Source: Chthonomonadales bacterium (GTDB lineage Bacteria > Armatimonadota > Chthonomonadetes > Chthonomonadales > CAJBBX01). Taken from it: DNA of 64,000 nucleotides. The stretch spans positions 96,001-160,000 of the forward strand of contig JBBIPC010000007.1 in NCBI GenBank assembly GCA_037443035.1, given 5' to 3'. Made by a program: the position numbers and the translations under genes. The notes below the pieces were generated by a model. It was not told where the DNA came from and made no database searches. It was given only the letters and a program-made list of their open reading frames with translations. Numbering within the stretch: position 1 is the stretch's first letter; each line of letters opens with the position of its first letter. Positions 26,418-35,715 of this stretch are shown here, one piece after another.

Positions 26418-29400
26418 CTACCGATCCTCGCCGAAGTACACGAATCCAGGACACACTGGCAAGCGCGGCAGCGGTGGAAGCGTCCGGCCGTAATCATCTT
26501 GTCGGAAACTTCCGCGCGCGACGTGCGCCCAACCGTTGCGCCGGTAGAAACTCCCGCCAGTCGGGCTGTAGTTGGAGTAGGGTGCGCCAAGCGCCGGATC
26601 ATAGAGAATGCGCAGGCCACGGGTGATGCCCGCCGTCCGCTCGATCTGCGCACGAAAGTCGTTCGTTGCGGGGTTGCCTGTCGGCATACCCACGTCCGTG
26701 ACGAAGAGATGCTCGCGAGGCACTTCTGCGGCAGTTGTCGAGCTCGGGCTTTCGCCCGTCGAACCGTAGCGCTGGGGGATGTAGCCCCAGAGCTGCATCC
26801 ACGCCGCCTGATCCGCCACAGACGCCGTTCGGTTCTCGGCGATGGCCCCGACGATGGTGATTCGGCAGTCAATCGGCTCGCCGTAGAACGGGAACTCGTC
26901 GGCAACTCCGGCTGGCCGTAGCATGGTTCCCTGCTGAGCACCCGAGGCAGCATGACGCCGCCGAGCGGCATCCCGCGTGTCAGACGGATCCACATTCAGC
27001 GGATAACCGGGGATCACGAAGAACGATCCCTCCTGCGCATAGAGCACTGCCTCGATCCGAACATCCATGGGCACGATGGCAGCACGCGAGAAGAGATAGT
27101 CCTGCGTACCGGCCCCCGAAGTGAAGTTCGGGTCCACGGCCGGACGGATCGTGTTCTTCACGCCGGGCTGCGTGAATAGCGTATAGCTCGTACCGCCGAA
27201 CGGGAACGAAAACCGCTGCTGTTCGAAGAGGTCCACGCCTGGCTGCGTGCCGTTGTACATGGGATAGACCCATGCGGGCACCGGCGGATTAGCGCTCACG
27301 TTGAACCTGTAGAAAGGATCGCCGGGCGACGGTGGCGGATATGCCTCGTTGATCGCCAGGTTGAGATACGTGATGCCGGGTGGTGCGCCGTGTCGCATGA
27401 GCAGGAACGGTCCGCCAGCAAGTGTGTACTGGGTCGGGTCGTCGCCGAACGCGAACTCCAGCGCGAATGGTGGCGTCCGTGCGGCCTCACCCAGATCGAT
27501 GTTGGTATGGTAGGGCGGAAGCTCGTTCTGGTTGCTCGAAGCGAAGGTCATGGGCTTGTTGGGCGCCACGAACATCGTCGTATTGACAACCACGTTCTCG
27601 CGAGCCAGCAACGCGATCATGGACCCTGCGCTCCGGTCGGCATTGGGCCCGCCGGTGTTCTCGCGTACCAGGCTTCCCTCTATATAGATGTTCCTTCCGG
27701 AAACCAACGTGATGGAGGGCGGGTTCACGGCATCGCGGATGGCGTCGGCCGTCAGGCCATCCGTGTCACCGGCCTCCTGCCGAATAGGAATGTTGGCAAC
27801 GGCAGGCAGAAGCCCTTTGACTCTCACGTTGCCTTCGGCGTAGATGACACCGTTGAACTCCGGCAAGAACCTGTTGATCTCGGCATCCGTCATGCCCTGG
27901 TCATTGGCCAAGAAGTCCCTGTACAGCGCGTTGTCCAGCTTGAGTACGGGGCGGCGTCCCGCTGCTTTGTAGATGAAAAAGGTGAACACCTGCTCCCGCG
28001 TTCGAATGAGGCCGCTGGGGTCCACCCACATGGCGTCGCTGACGTCTCGAACGATGCGAAAGCCAGGCGTACGGACGTAGCTGCCAGGTATGGGGGCTCC
28101 GTTGACGTCCCGCTCTTGCACGATCGGATACCCGAACTCGATCATGGCAGCCGGCGGAATGTAGTAGGGCCCGTTCCAATAGGGGCTGGAACCCGGTCGG
28201 AGCCATACGGAGCGGAGGGACTGTCCGCCTGCGACGCCTGTCGTCTCCAGTTCGCGGCTTCGCGTGTTGTTGATGTAGATGCCTGCGCCAAGGCCGATGC
28301 GGCCGGTATTCACCCATCCGCCACGCGTTCTCCGGCGCAGGGTCCACCCTGAATCCCTCGTCAACAGCACGTACCGCCCAACACCCGAAGAGGGATCCGA
28401 GGCGTCTATGCTCGGCGGTTCCAGCCGGCTGATGCTCCGCGCGTAGCCGTTGATGTCCGGGGTCGGCGCGGCATCTCGGATGAGGCCACCGTACGTGCGA
28501 TACGCTGGCGCGTCGCTGGGCAGGATCACAGGCAGGCCCGTGCCGGTACCCAGCGGCGGCGGCAGGGGATCCACGTTACCCGCATTGACCGACAGGTCGT
28601 TGATACGCGGCAGTTGTCTCGTGGGATCGTTGGGATCGGCGGGTTCCACCTTCACATTGCCAGCCACGTAGACAGCCTCGCTGTTCCGTGGATTCAGTGC
28701 GATGGTCACGTTATGGAGCAGCCGCAGGTCCCCGTTGATGTACATAGGTGCGCCGGGCAGGGGATAGCTAGCCGGTGGCGCGTTCAGACCGACCGGACGC
28801 ACTGGTAGGCCACCTAGCTGCATCCACGCCGGCACACCGATGGGAGGCATTCCGATGGCAGCCTCGAACTTGCTTTCCTTGTCCCGGTTGGTGACGAACC
28901 GCAGGTAATCGGTGATACCGATGGCCTTGTGGGCGATCCGACGCCGCATGAGCCTCGGTGCAGGCGCCGCGGTGAAGGTGGTCGGGTCCTGGGGATCCAC
29001 GAAACCAGGCCGGCCGATGGACTCGATCCGCAGGTACTTCCCGAGCGGCTTCTGAGGATCGGGTTCCATGCTGACCCGTACCAGGGCTCGGCCGCGGCTC
29101 AAAGGTATGCGTGTGTAGAGACCCGTCTCCAGCCAGCGTCGGTCCGGATCACGGGCGTCGGTCAGAGGCGTGGGCGTTGGTCGCCAGTCGGCTCCCTCTG
29201 GGCTGTTCTCCAGGAAGTCGCTGACATACCTGATGCCTGCATCGGCCAGGGCCGCTGCCGAGACAGTCTCGCGGGCCCGACCAGCGTTGAGGAGGTTTCG
29301 AGCGACGAGACCCACGAACAGCCCACCGATGAAAAGCATGACGAACAGCGCAATGACGGCCACGATGAGGGATTGGCCGCGTTCGTGGCGCCGGTCGCGT

Positions 29401-29441
29401 CTGACGTCCAGTTGGTACCTCATGTCGCTTCTGGTCCTCAT
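26418..29441 (-). CDS. very large PilX/GspK-like minor pilin with probable beta-solenoid domain
   Basis: ERG|QSLIVAVIALF class III signal lacking Glu5; AAALADAGI PilX motif; GVIYAEGNVRV, ITLVSGRNIYIEG, IALLARENVVV, IEAVLYAQEGSF, ILYDP. Confidence 0.8.
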   Translation of the reverse strand: MRTRSDMRYQLDVRRDRRHERGQSLIVAVIALFVMLFIGGLFVGLVARNLLNAGRARETVSAAALADAGIRYVSDFLENSPEGADWRPTPTPLTDARDPDRRWLETGLYTRIPLSRGRALVRVSMEPDPQKPLGKYLRIESIGRPGFVDPQDPTTFTAAPAPRLMRRRIAHKAIGITDYLRFVTNRDKESKFEAAIGMPPIGVPAWMQLGGLPVRPVGLNAPPASYPLPGAPMYINGDLRLLHNVTIALNPRNSEAVYVAGNVKVEPADPNDPTRQLPRINDLSVNAGNVDPLPPPLGTGTGLPVILPSDAPAYRTYGGLIRDAAPTPDINGYARSISRLEPPSIDASDPSSGVGRYVLLTRDSGWTLRRRTRGGWVNTGRIGLGAGIYINNTRSRELETTGVAGGQSLRSVWLRPGSSPYWNGPYYIPPAAMIEFGYPIVQERDVNGAPIPGSYVRTPGFRIVRDVSDAMWVDPSGLIRTREQVFTFFIYKAAGRRPVLKLDNALYRDFLANDQGMTDAEINRFLPEFNGVIYAEGNVRVKGLLPAVANIPIRQEAGDTDGLTADAIRDAVNPPSITLVSGRNIYIEGSLVRENTGGPNADRSAGSMIALLARENVVVNTTMFVAPNKPMTFASSNQNELPPYHTNIDLGEAARTPPFALEFAFGDDPTQYTLAGGPFLLMRHGAPPGITYLNLAINEAYPPPSPGDPFYRFNVSANPPVPAWVYPMYNGTQPGVDLFEQQRFSFPFGGTSYTLFTQPGVKNTIRPAVDPNFTSGAGTQDYLFSRAAIVPMDVRIEAVLYAQEGSFFVIPGYPLNVDPSDTRDAARRRHAASGAQQGTMLRPAGVADEFPFYGEPIDCRITIVGAIAENRTASVADQAAWMQLWGYIPQRYGSTGESPSSTTAAEVPREHLFVTDVGMPTGNPATNDFRAQIERTAGITRGLRILYDPALGAPYSNYSPTGGSFYRRNGWAHVARGSFRQDDYGRTLPPLPRLPVCPGFVYFGEDR

Positions 29442-29453
29442 GTCGCGCCGCTC

Positions 29454-31517
29454 CTACCGCTGCAAGTTCCGCACGCGTATCTTCTGCGTGAGCGTGGCCG
29501 ACTGCGGCTGACCGGAGTTGAAATCGTACAGCTTGACACTCACCGCCGCGGTCATGAGTTGGCGGGTCAGGTAGCTAGCCTTCACTACATCGGAGCTGCG
29601 GTTGTTCTGGATCTGGTACGTCACTTCGATGAAGACAGGGTTGCCACTGCCATCTAGGCTCTCCGGCAGTGAATTCGGAGTTCCGGCCGCGTCGTCTGCA
29701 CTGTTGAAGATGATGGTCCCAGCACGCTGAATCGTGCGCAACATAGCCTGCACCCGCGGGTCCGGATCCGTGATGGATAGGTTCGCGTTGGCGATGTTGG
29801 CATAGTTGATCAGATACTCGTTGGGTCCAAGGCGCTTAGGATCCGTGTACCGAGGTGCCCGCGTGTACGTGATCGGCTGACCATAGTGTGGCCCCGGCCG
29901 CATGTCCGGTCCTACCACTGTTTCGGATCCCGGCACGATGCGCACGTCGGGGATGCGCGCCAACGCAGGCTGAGGATCCGCCGGATTGTCTGCAGGCAAC
30001 ATGCCGGTGGGGTTCTCGGTCGCGTCGTACGGCAGGAGCGACACGGTACGGTATGCGTTCAGCGCGTTACCAGCCGTGGTACGAACATAGTTGAACTCAG
30101 CGTTTGCCTGCGACGGCCGGATCCTGGTCGGCTCGCTTGCTCCACTCTGAGTGATGCTATGCGGGAAGGCGAAGTTGATAACTCCGCGCCTCTCGTCCAC
30201 GGTGAACATGAGGAACCGCCCCGGCACCATGGTTGCCGGCAGCGCCCACGGCCGCTTCGGATCGAAGCCCGTGTCTTGGGCGCTCATGATGGTGCCCGAG
30301 GTCGTGTCGAAAGTCACGTATTGCACGTTATGGCCGGTCACACCATCCCAGAAGAAGTACTCCAGCGGTTGAGCTGCCAGGTCGCTCCGATAGACGTAGG
30401 TCGCGAACGGAATGGCCCAGTGGCCGTAAGACTGTATCTCGGCGCTCGGCGGTACGCTGGGTGCCTCCGAGCTTGTGTCATCCGTGGAGCTAGGCACGCC
30501 CGGATCGTTGCCGATATAGGACGGCTGGAAGCGCACCTCCGGCGATATCCGCATGCGAGGCAGTCCGGCAACCGTGTCGTACACCGGATCGCCGTTGATG
30601 TCCCTCGTAGCCGTCACCATGTCGGCACGATCTACCGGCACGAGGGAGCGAGCAATGGCCTTCCAGTTCTCGCTGTAGTTCACCTGCCCGTCTCCGTTCA
30701 GGTCCTTCCAGCCAGGCATGGCAGGCGACGTGATGGAGGGATCGGACGGCTGCTGCACGACATCGTTGTCGTAGAAGAAGTTGGCATCGGCCAGTGCGCG
30801 GTCCACTGTACCGTGCCGTCCCAGGTTGATGAGCCTCGTGTCCACGCTGCCGTTGCGCGTGTACACGGAAAACACGGCGCGGTACAGCAGGAACGTGTTA
30901 TGGTCGTCATCGAGCAGAGTGGGGTTGCGCTTGCTCTCGTAGATATTGACATAGGGCTTGATGGGACGTCCGCTGGTGCCATACGTCCCGTCCGCCATAG
31001 TCGCGTTGTCGCGCAGGCCGATCCAATAGCGGTGGATCACACGCCCTGGCGCCACCGGCAGGGCAAGGTCGCCTCGTGCTTCCTCCACAGGCAGCCCGGT
31101 CGTCGGATCGATTGGAATGGTCGGGTCCAACGTCGGGTTCTGGTCGTTCACCCTCGCAGGTGGCACCAGGTCCATTCTCGCAAATGGTACGCCCATGGGC
31201 ACTGCAGGCATGGCGCCCGTCCCACGTGGTGAACGAGGATCCGGCACCCAGAAGTTCACATCCTGTCCGCTATTGTCGAACACGAACACACCGTCGGCGA
31301 TGTCCCGTTCGATCTGTTCCATGACCTGACGAGCCGCATCCTGGGCCAGCACCTGCACGCGCGCCCGGTTGGTCAGGTTGAACCCCTGGATCATGGGTCC
31401 GAAGAGAAGCCCTAGCAGGATGACGGTGATCGCCATGACCACCAGCATCTCCACGAGGGTGAAACCCCTCTGGCGGTTTGCTTGGACGCTATGCCTAAAG
31501 GCGAAGCCAGGTGTCAT
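29454..31517 (-). CDS. very large PilW/GspJ-like minor pilin
   Basis: QRG|FTLVEMLVVMAITVILLG; AARQVMEQIERDI helix; C-terminal LTQKIRVRN typical of PilW/GspJ; 687 aa. Confidence 0.82.
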   Translation of the reverse strand: MTPGFAFRHSVQANRQRGFTLVEMLVVMAITVILLGLLFGPMIQGFNLTNRARVQVLAQDAARQVMEQIERDIADGVFVFDNSGQDVNFWVPDPRSPRGTGAMPAVPMGVPFARMDLVPPARVNDQNPTLDPTIPIDPTTGLPVEEARGDLALPVAPGRVIHRYWIGLRDNATMADGTYGTSGRPIKPYVNIYESKRNPTLLDDDHNTFLLYRAVFSVYTRNGSVDTRLINLGRHGTVDRALADANFFYDNDVVQQPSDPSITSPAMPGWKDLNGDGQVNYSENWKAIARSLVPVDRADMVTATRDINGDPVYDTVAGLPRMRISPEVRFQPSYIGNDPGVPSSTDDTSSEAPSVPPSAEIQSYGHWAIPFATYVYRSDLAAQPLEYFFWDGVTGHNVQYVTFDTTSGTIMSAQDTGFDPKRPWALPATMVPGRFLMFTVDERRGVINFAFPHSITQSGASEPTRIRPSQANAEFNYVRTTAGNALNAYRTVSLLPYDATENPTGMLPADNPADPQPALARIPDVRIVPGSETVVGPDMRPGPHYGQPITYTRAPRYTDPKRLGPNEYLINYANIANANLSITDPDPRVQAMLRTIQRAGTIIFNSADDAAGTPNSLPESLDGSGNPVFIEVTYQIQNNRSSDVVKASYLTRQLMTAAVSVKLYDFNSGQPQSATLTQKIRVRNLQR

Positions 31518-31530
31518 CGTCGTGCCTGCC

Positions 31531-33423
31531 TCAGTTCGAACCTCTGGTCAGGAATGTGTCCAGGTCGTTGCGTCGCCAACGAAGCGTCGTCACGTTGGAG
31601 CCACCGGCGGTCCGTGTCACAGTGGCGCCGCCGTTCCACACCACACGAACCTTGAACGAGATGCCTTCTACACCCTGTGCGACGACGACCGGCTGGTCCA
31701 GCGCCCACCCAACGGCCTGATCCGTCGGCGAGTTGTGGTTGTCCAGCAGGTCGATCCAGGTCAAGAAGCCGAAGCCCATGCTCTGGAACAGGAGGGGATC
31801 GGCGTTGATCCGATAGGTCTCGTTGGTACCGCGTCGCAACGTGATGGTATTCGTCAGGGTATTCAGCGAGTAGTACCAGAACTCGCGGATGTTGATGGTC
31901 TTCCCCGCTTCCATGAGCGAGAAATACATGCGGGTAGGCTCGCCTTTGTAGCGGCCACCGCCAAGGTAGAACTCTCCATAGCCTAGGTTGGACGTGTTTG
32001 TGCGGGACATTCTGTAGCTCGCCGCCGCCTTCTGGATCTGCACACCCCAATCACCGTGTGCCTTGTAATAGAAGCGGAAAGTCGGCGATTCGTTCCGCAT
32101 GCGGTAGGCGTCGCCGTAGGCATCACTGAACGTGACGATACCGTCCTTGTAGTTGACGGTATACTCGCTGGCCGGCACCTCTTCGCCGTTGGAGAGGTTG
32201 TAGATGAGCACCGACACTGGCGGGCTAGCCGGATCTCTCCAAATCCCCGTGTACTTCCGCTGGTCGCTCTCGTATTCACCGACTCGCTTGATGTTCTTCA
32301 GGGTCAGTCGCACGGTGTACGGCGGTCCACCCGGAAGGGGACGGTCATCGCGAATGATGTGCCAGTCGAGAACGTTGTAGTCTATCTTCGCCGTCAGTGG
32401 CACATTGCCATAGGCCGAACGTTCCACGTAGTCTCTTCCGCGCGGGTTGAAGATCAGCACGCCTACCGTGGCGTACGGAGCCACTTGCGGCGTCCTGGGC
32501 AGCACGGCGTACTCATAGGGGTCGCTGGAGAAGGCAGGTGGATAGGGTAGGCGCACGAACTCGCGGGAGACCGTATCGCTCCCGGGAACGATGGTCCTGC
32601 CGCCTGGCGCGTAGATGGGCTGCCAGACCGGATAAACCCCGGCCGGCACACCGATCTGCTGGGCTGCTACCGTCGAGATGTCGCCGTTGGGACCGTGGTA
32701 GCTGTACGTGATCTTGTACACACGGTTGTAGGGCGCCGGGTAGAAAGCTATCAGCCCATCGTCATAGTCAATGGCGTATTGCCATAAGTTTCGCAGGTAG
32801 GGACCATTGGGATCTTCGGAGCTCTGCACGCTGCGCCGTAGGGGCGCACCCGTAACCACAATGCTGTCCACAGGAACGTTGTTGGCGTCCAGTCCAGGGT
32901 AGTCGAAGGCAGGTCCAGAGCTCAGGACGTAGACCGATCCGCGCACTCCACCACCCAGGGGGGACGGATTGGGGATCCGGACCGTCTCTCCGCGTATCCA
33001 GCGGATACGGTTGATGCCGGAGACGTAATAGGGATCTATGCCAGGGGCGACGACCGAAGGCGTGGACATGTCGTCGGGTGTCGTATCGAGGTCCACCTTG
33101 ATGTAATAACCCGTGGGCGAGCTAGGATCCTGAACGATGACCGTGGGCAGGACGGCGTCCATGAGGGTGGCCTGGGCCGTTGAGTACCGGCTCAGCTCCT
33201 GGGAAGCCAGTCGGGAGGCGAGCGTTCGGGCTTCGGTCTGCTTGTTGACGAAGAAGCCCACGGGGAACAGGCGTACAACGGTAAGGATGCCGATCGTCAG
33301 CACCACCATGACGACCAGCACCTCGATAAGCGAGATGCCTCGGCTTCCCAGGAACCGCGGCTGGCGTCGGCTGTTGCCGTCCGATCCCCTTGGTCGCGGT
33401 CCGTTCCTTCCCCTATGTGTCAT
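31531..33423 (-). CDS. very large PilV/GspI-like minor pilin
   Basis: SRG|ISLIEVLVVMVVLTIGILTV; ASRLASQEL; C-terminal FKVRVVW strand typical of PilV/GspI; 630 aa. Confidence 0.82.
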   Translation of the reverse strand: MTHRGRNGPRPRGSDGNSRRQPRFLGSRGISLIEVLVVMVVLTIGILTVVRLFPVGFFVNKQTEARTLASRLASQELSRYSTAQATLMDAVLPTVIVQDPSSPTGYYIKVDLDTTPDDMSTPSVVAPGIDPYYVSGINRIRWIRGETVRIPNPSPLGGGVRGSVYVLSSGPAFDYPGLDANNVPVDSIVVTGAPLRRSVQSSEDPNGPYLRNLWQYAIDYDDGLIAFYPAPYNRVYKITYSYHGPNGDISTVAAQQIGVPAGVYPVWQPIYAPGGRTIVPGSDTVSREFVRLPYPPAFSSDPYEYAVLPRTPQVAPYATVGVLIFNPRGRDYVERSAYGNVPLTAKIDYNVLDWHIIRDDRPLPGGPPYTVRLTLKNIKRVGEYESDQRKYTGIWRDPASPPVSVLIYNLSNGEEVPASEYTVNYKDGIVTFSDAYGDAYRMRNESPTFRFYYKAHGDWGVQIQKAAASYRMSRTNTSNLGYGEFYLGGGRYKGEPTRMYFSLMEAGKTINIREFWYYSLNTLTNTITLRRGTNETYRINADPLLFQSMGFGFLTWIDLLDNHNSPTDQAVGWALDQPVVVAQGVEGISFKVRVVWNGGATVTRTAGGSNVTTLRWRRNDLDTFLTRGSN

Positions 33424-33516
33424 CGGTCTTGCCTCTCGAGCTCGATCCTACTTCGGTATGTCGTCCATGTAGCCCCGGTCGGCGGCGTTCCCGCCCCGCA
33501 CGACCCTGCTGCGCTC

Positions 33517-34431
33517 CTAGCGTGCGAACATGTTCGGCCCCTGGCGGAGCACTCGCGGAATGTCCATCTTCCGCGCGGTACCTGCCAGGGATATGGCTAT
33601 GACCGACCCGCTGTTGGCTGTCGCTTGATGCCATGTGCAGTAGGTCAGCAGGGTCGTGTCGGCCGGCGGGTTCGCGTACTTCAACTGGTTCGGCAAGTCA
33701 TCGAGGCCTTTGACCCCCGTCCAGTCTGGGCTGTAATGGCGGTCATAGACTAGGATGCCACCCGGCTTGGTCACAGGATTCCCATTCGGTCCGATGCGCG
33801 GCCCGATATCGTACGAGTCCCACGTATAGAAGTACCGCGGCTGGAGATAGGCACCACCTGCGCATGGATCCGCGGGGCTTATCTCCCAATAGCAGTCTAC
33901 CGTGCCATATTCGTCCGAGGGGCATCCCTTGGAGCGCAGGAAATCCCCGATCCACGCTGCATCCCAGTAGTACGGCTGGCTGGGATCCGCAGTCTGCGTA
34001 TTCGGGTAATAGGCCACCGTCACCGACGTCAGATCATCGCTTAGAGCATCCGGACAATGGAAGGTGGCCGTGTCTTTCACCTGCTCCCGGTACAGGAAGC
34101 CGTTGATCAGCTCGTTGGCGGGCACGACCGCGCCCGCGCCAGTGTACGGCACGTGGCGGGGGATACTCGGGTCCGCCACGCAGCCGGGGTCGGTCGAAGC
34201 CGATTCTGCGTATCCTAACAGCGCCGGCGGGTAGCCCCCTTCGTCCTCATTGTAGATCCGGGCCGCGACGTACATCTGGTGAAGCTTCGTCTGGCAGTCA
34301 GCAGCCCGCGCTTGCTCCCGCACGGTGCCCGCCAGCGGGAAAATGATGGCGGCCAGCACCGAGATGATCGCGATCACCGTGAGAAGCTCGATAAGCGTGA
34401 AGCCGACCTCACGCGAACGTATCATCTTCAT
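33517..34431 (-). CDS. prepilin-type N-terminal cleavage/methylation protein (DUF1559-like), FimU position
   Basis: EVG|FTLIELLTVIAIISVLAAIIFPL..VREQARAADCQTKLHQM...YNEDEGGYPP, FHCP; 304 aa. Confidence 0.85.
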   Translation of the reverse strand: MKMIRSREVGFTLIELLTVIAIISVLAAIIFPLAGTVREQARAADCQTKLHQMYVAARIYNEDEGGYPPALLGYAESASTDPGCVADPSIPRHVPYTGAGAVVPANELINGFLYREQVKDTATFHCPDALSDDLTSVTVAYYPNTQTADPSQPYYWDAAWIGDFLRSKGCPSDEYGTVDCYWEISPADPCAGGAYLQPRYFYTWDSYDIGPRIGPNGNPVTKPGGILVYDRHYSPDWTGVKGLDDLPNQLKYANPPADTTLLTYCTWHQATANSGSVIAISLAGTARKMDIPRVLRQGPNMFAR

Positions 34432-34577
34432 GTCCCTTTCACCCCCGTGCGGCCCTTCGGGCGCCGCATGGCCGTTTGTCCTGTGCCCTTTTCGGAGCAC
34501 AGTCTCTTCGATTCTTCGGTACGACGACGTTCAGCCGTCCTATGTTCCCGCGCGCCAGCGCTCGGCGTCGCTCGACG

Positions 34578-35630
34578 CTATGTGCCTCCGGCGAAGCCTG
34601 CCCATTGGAGGTACCAATCAATGGCCCTCTGGCCCGCCACGATGGCAGCGAAGGCGCCGATGACCATGAACGGCCCGAACGGTACCTGCGTAGGCATGGG
34701 CACGAACTCCTCCCCATTCTCTTCCTCTGGTAGTTGCCGTTCCCACCACTGCACGAATCGCCTTGCCCAGCCGAGCCTCAGGGCGTAGCCACCCTCGATG
34801 ATCAGGTCCGCGAAGGTGAGGTAGAGCACACTCGCCAGAGCGAAGAGGCTCCATGGTGTCGGCGGCGGTGCATGCATCGCTCCACCCTCCTCCGCCTCCT
34901 GGAGACCCTCAGCACGCCTGCGATGCCCCCGGATGATGCAGACCGCACCGCCGATGACGGCACCCGCACCGATGGCGAAGAGAAACGACACCATTGCCAG
35001 CGGCAGCGGCAGCATGGCTCCGATGGCTCTAGCCAGCTTCACGTCGCCATCGCCCATGGCGTCTTTGCGGAAAAGGGCGAGTCCCAGCGCCTGGATACCC
35101 ACGAAAATGGCTGCGCACACCATGGCTCCCATGACCGACCGTGGCAGCCAGCCCCAGATCAGGCTGCGCCCTGGCTCCCCGGCGGCGATGCCCCATGCAT
35201 CACGTCCTAGCCCCGCCAGCAGTGCCACTGTGTTGACACCGTCGGGGATGATGTAATGCTCCACATCGATGCCGAATGCCGCAACCAGTGCCGCAGCGAA
35301 GACGCAGAGGGCGATCCCGTCCGCGGTGGCGCCGTACTGCCAGACGAGACCACCAAAGATGGCGGCGGTGATCAGCTCGACCCAGAAATAGCGCCAGGCG
35401 ATGGGTCCTTTGCACGTCCGACACCGTGCGCGGAGGACGAGGAAGCTCACCATGGGGATGTTCTCGAACCAGGCGAGCGGCCGGTTGCAGTGAGGACAGT
35501 GGGAGCCCGGATTGATAACGGACTCCCCTCGCGGGACGCGCCAGATGACGACGTTCAAGAAGCTGCCGACAACGGCTCCTGTGGCGAAAGCCACGGCTAC
35601 CCACACGGGGTCCGTGGGGCCAGGCAGCAC
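34578..35630 (-). CDS. pilD: prepilin peptidase / N-methyltransferase
   Basis: GSFLNVVIWRVPRGES, CPHC and CRTC zinc site, IDVEHYIIPD, MGDGDVKL, VPFGPF. Confidence 0.95.
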   Translation of the reverse strand: MLPGPTDPVWVAVAFATGAVVGSFLNVVIWRVPRGESVINPGSHCPHCNRPLAWFENIPMVSFLVLRARCRTCKGPIAWRYFWVELITAAIFGGLVWQYGATADGIALCVFAAALVAAFGIDVEHYIIPDGVNTVALLAGLGRDAWGIAAGEPGRSLIWGWLPRSVMGAMVCAAIFVGIQALGLALFRKDAMGDGDVKLARAIGAMLPLPLAMVSFLFAIGAGAVIGGAVCIIRGHRRRAEGLQEAEEGGAMHAPPPTPWSLFALASVLYLTFADLIIEGGYALRLGWARRFVQWWERQLPEEENGEEFVPMPTQVPFGPFMVIGAFAAIVAGQRAIDWYLQWAGFAGGT

Positions 35631-35649
35631 GCGTAGACCCTACATGCGC

Positions 35650-35681
35650 CGTTCGGCGCCCGTAGATACGGACGCCGAACG
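35650..35681. other. strong intergenic hairpin between pilC and pilD
   Basis: CGTTCGGCGcCCGT-agat-ACGGaCGCCGAACG inverted repeat, no clear U tract. Confidence 0.5.
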
Positions 35682-35715
35682 AGAGTATGGCCCGGCGCTG
35701 AAAGCCACTGCGCGC

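Noticed and set aside
12885..33423. Prophage tail or contractile injection system, suggested by baseplate-like motifs
   Set aside because: No sheath, tube, capsid or terminase genes; the proteins carry Sec or prepilin signals
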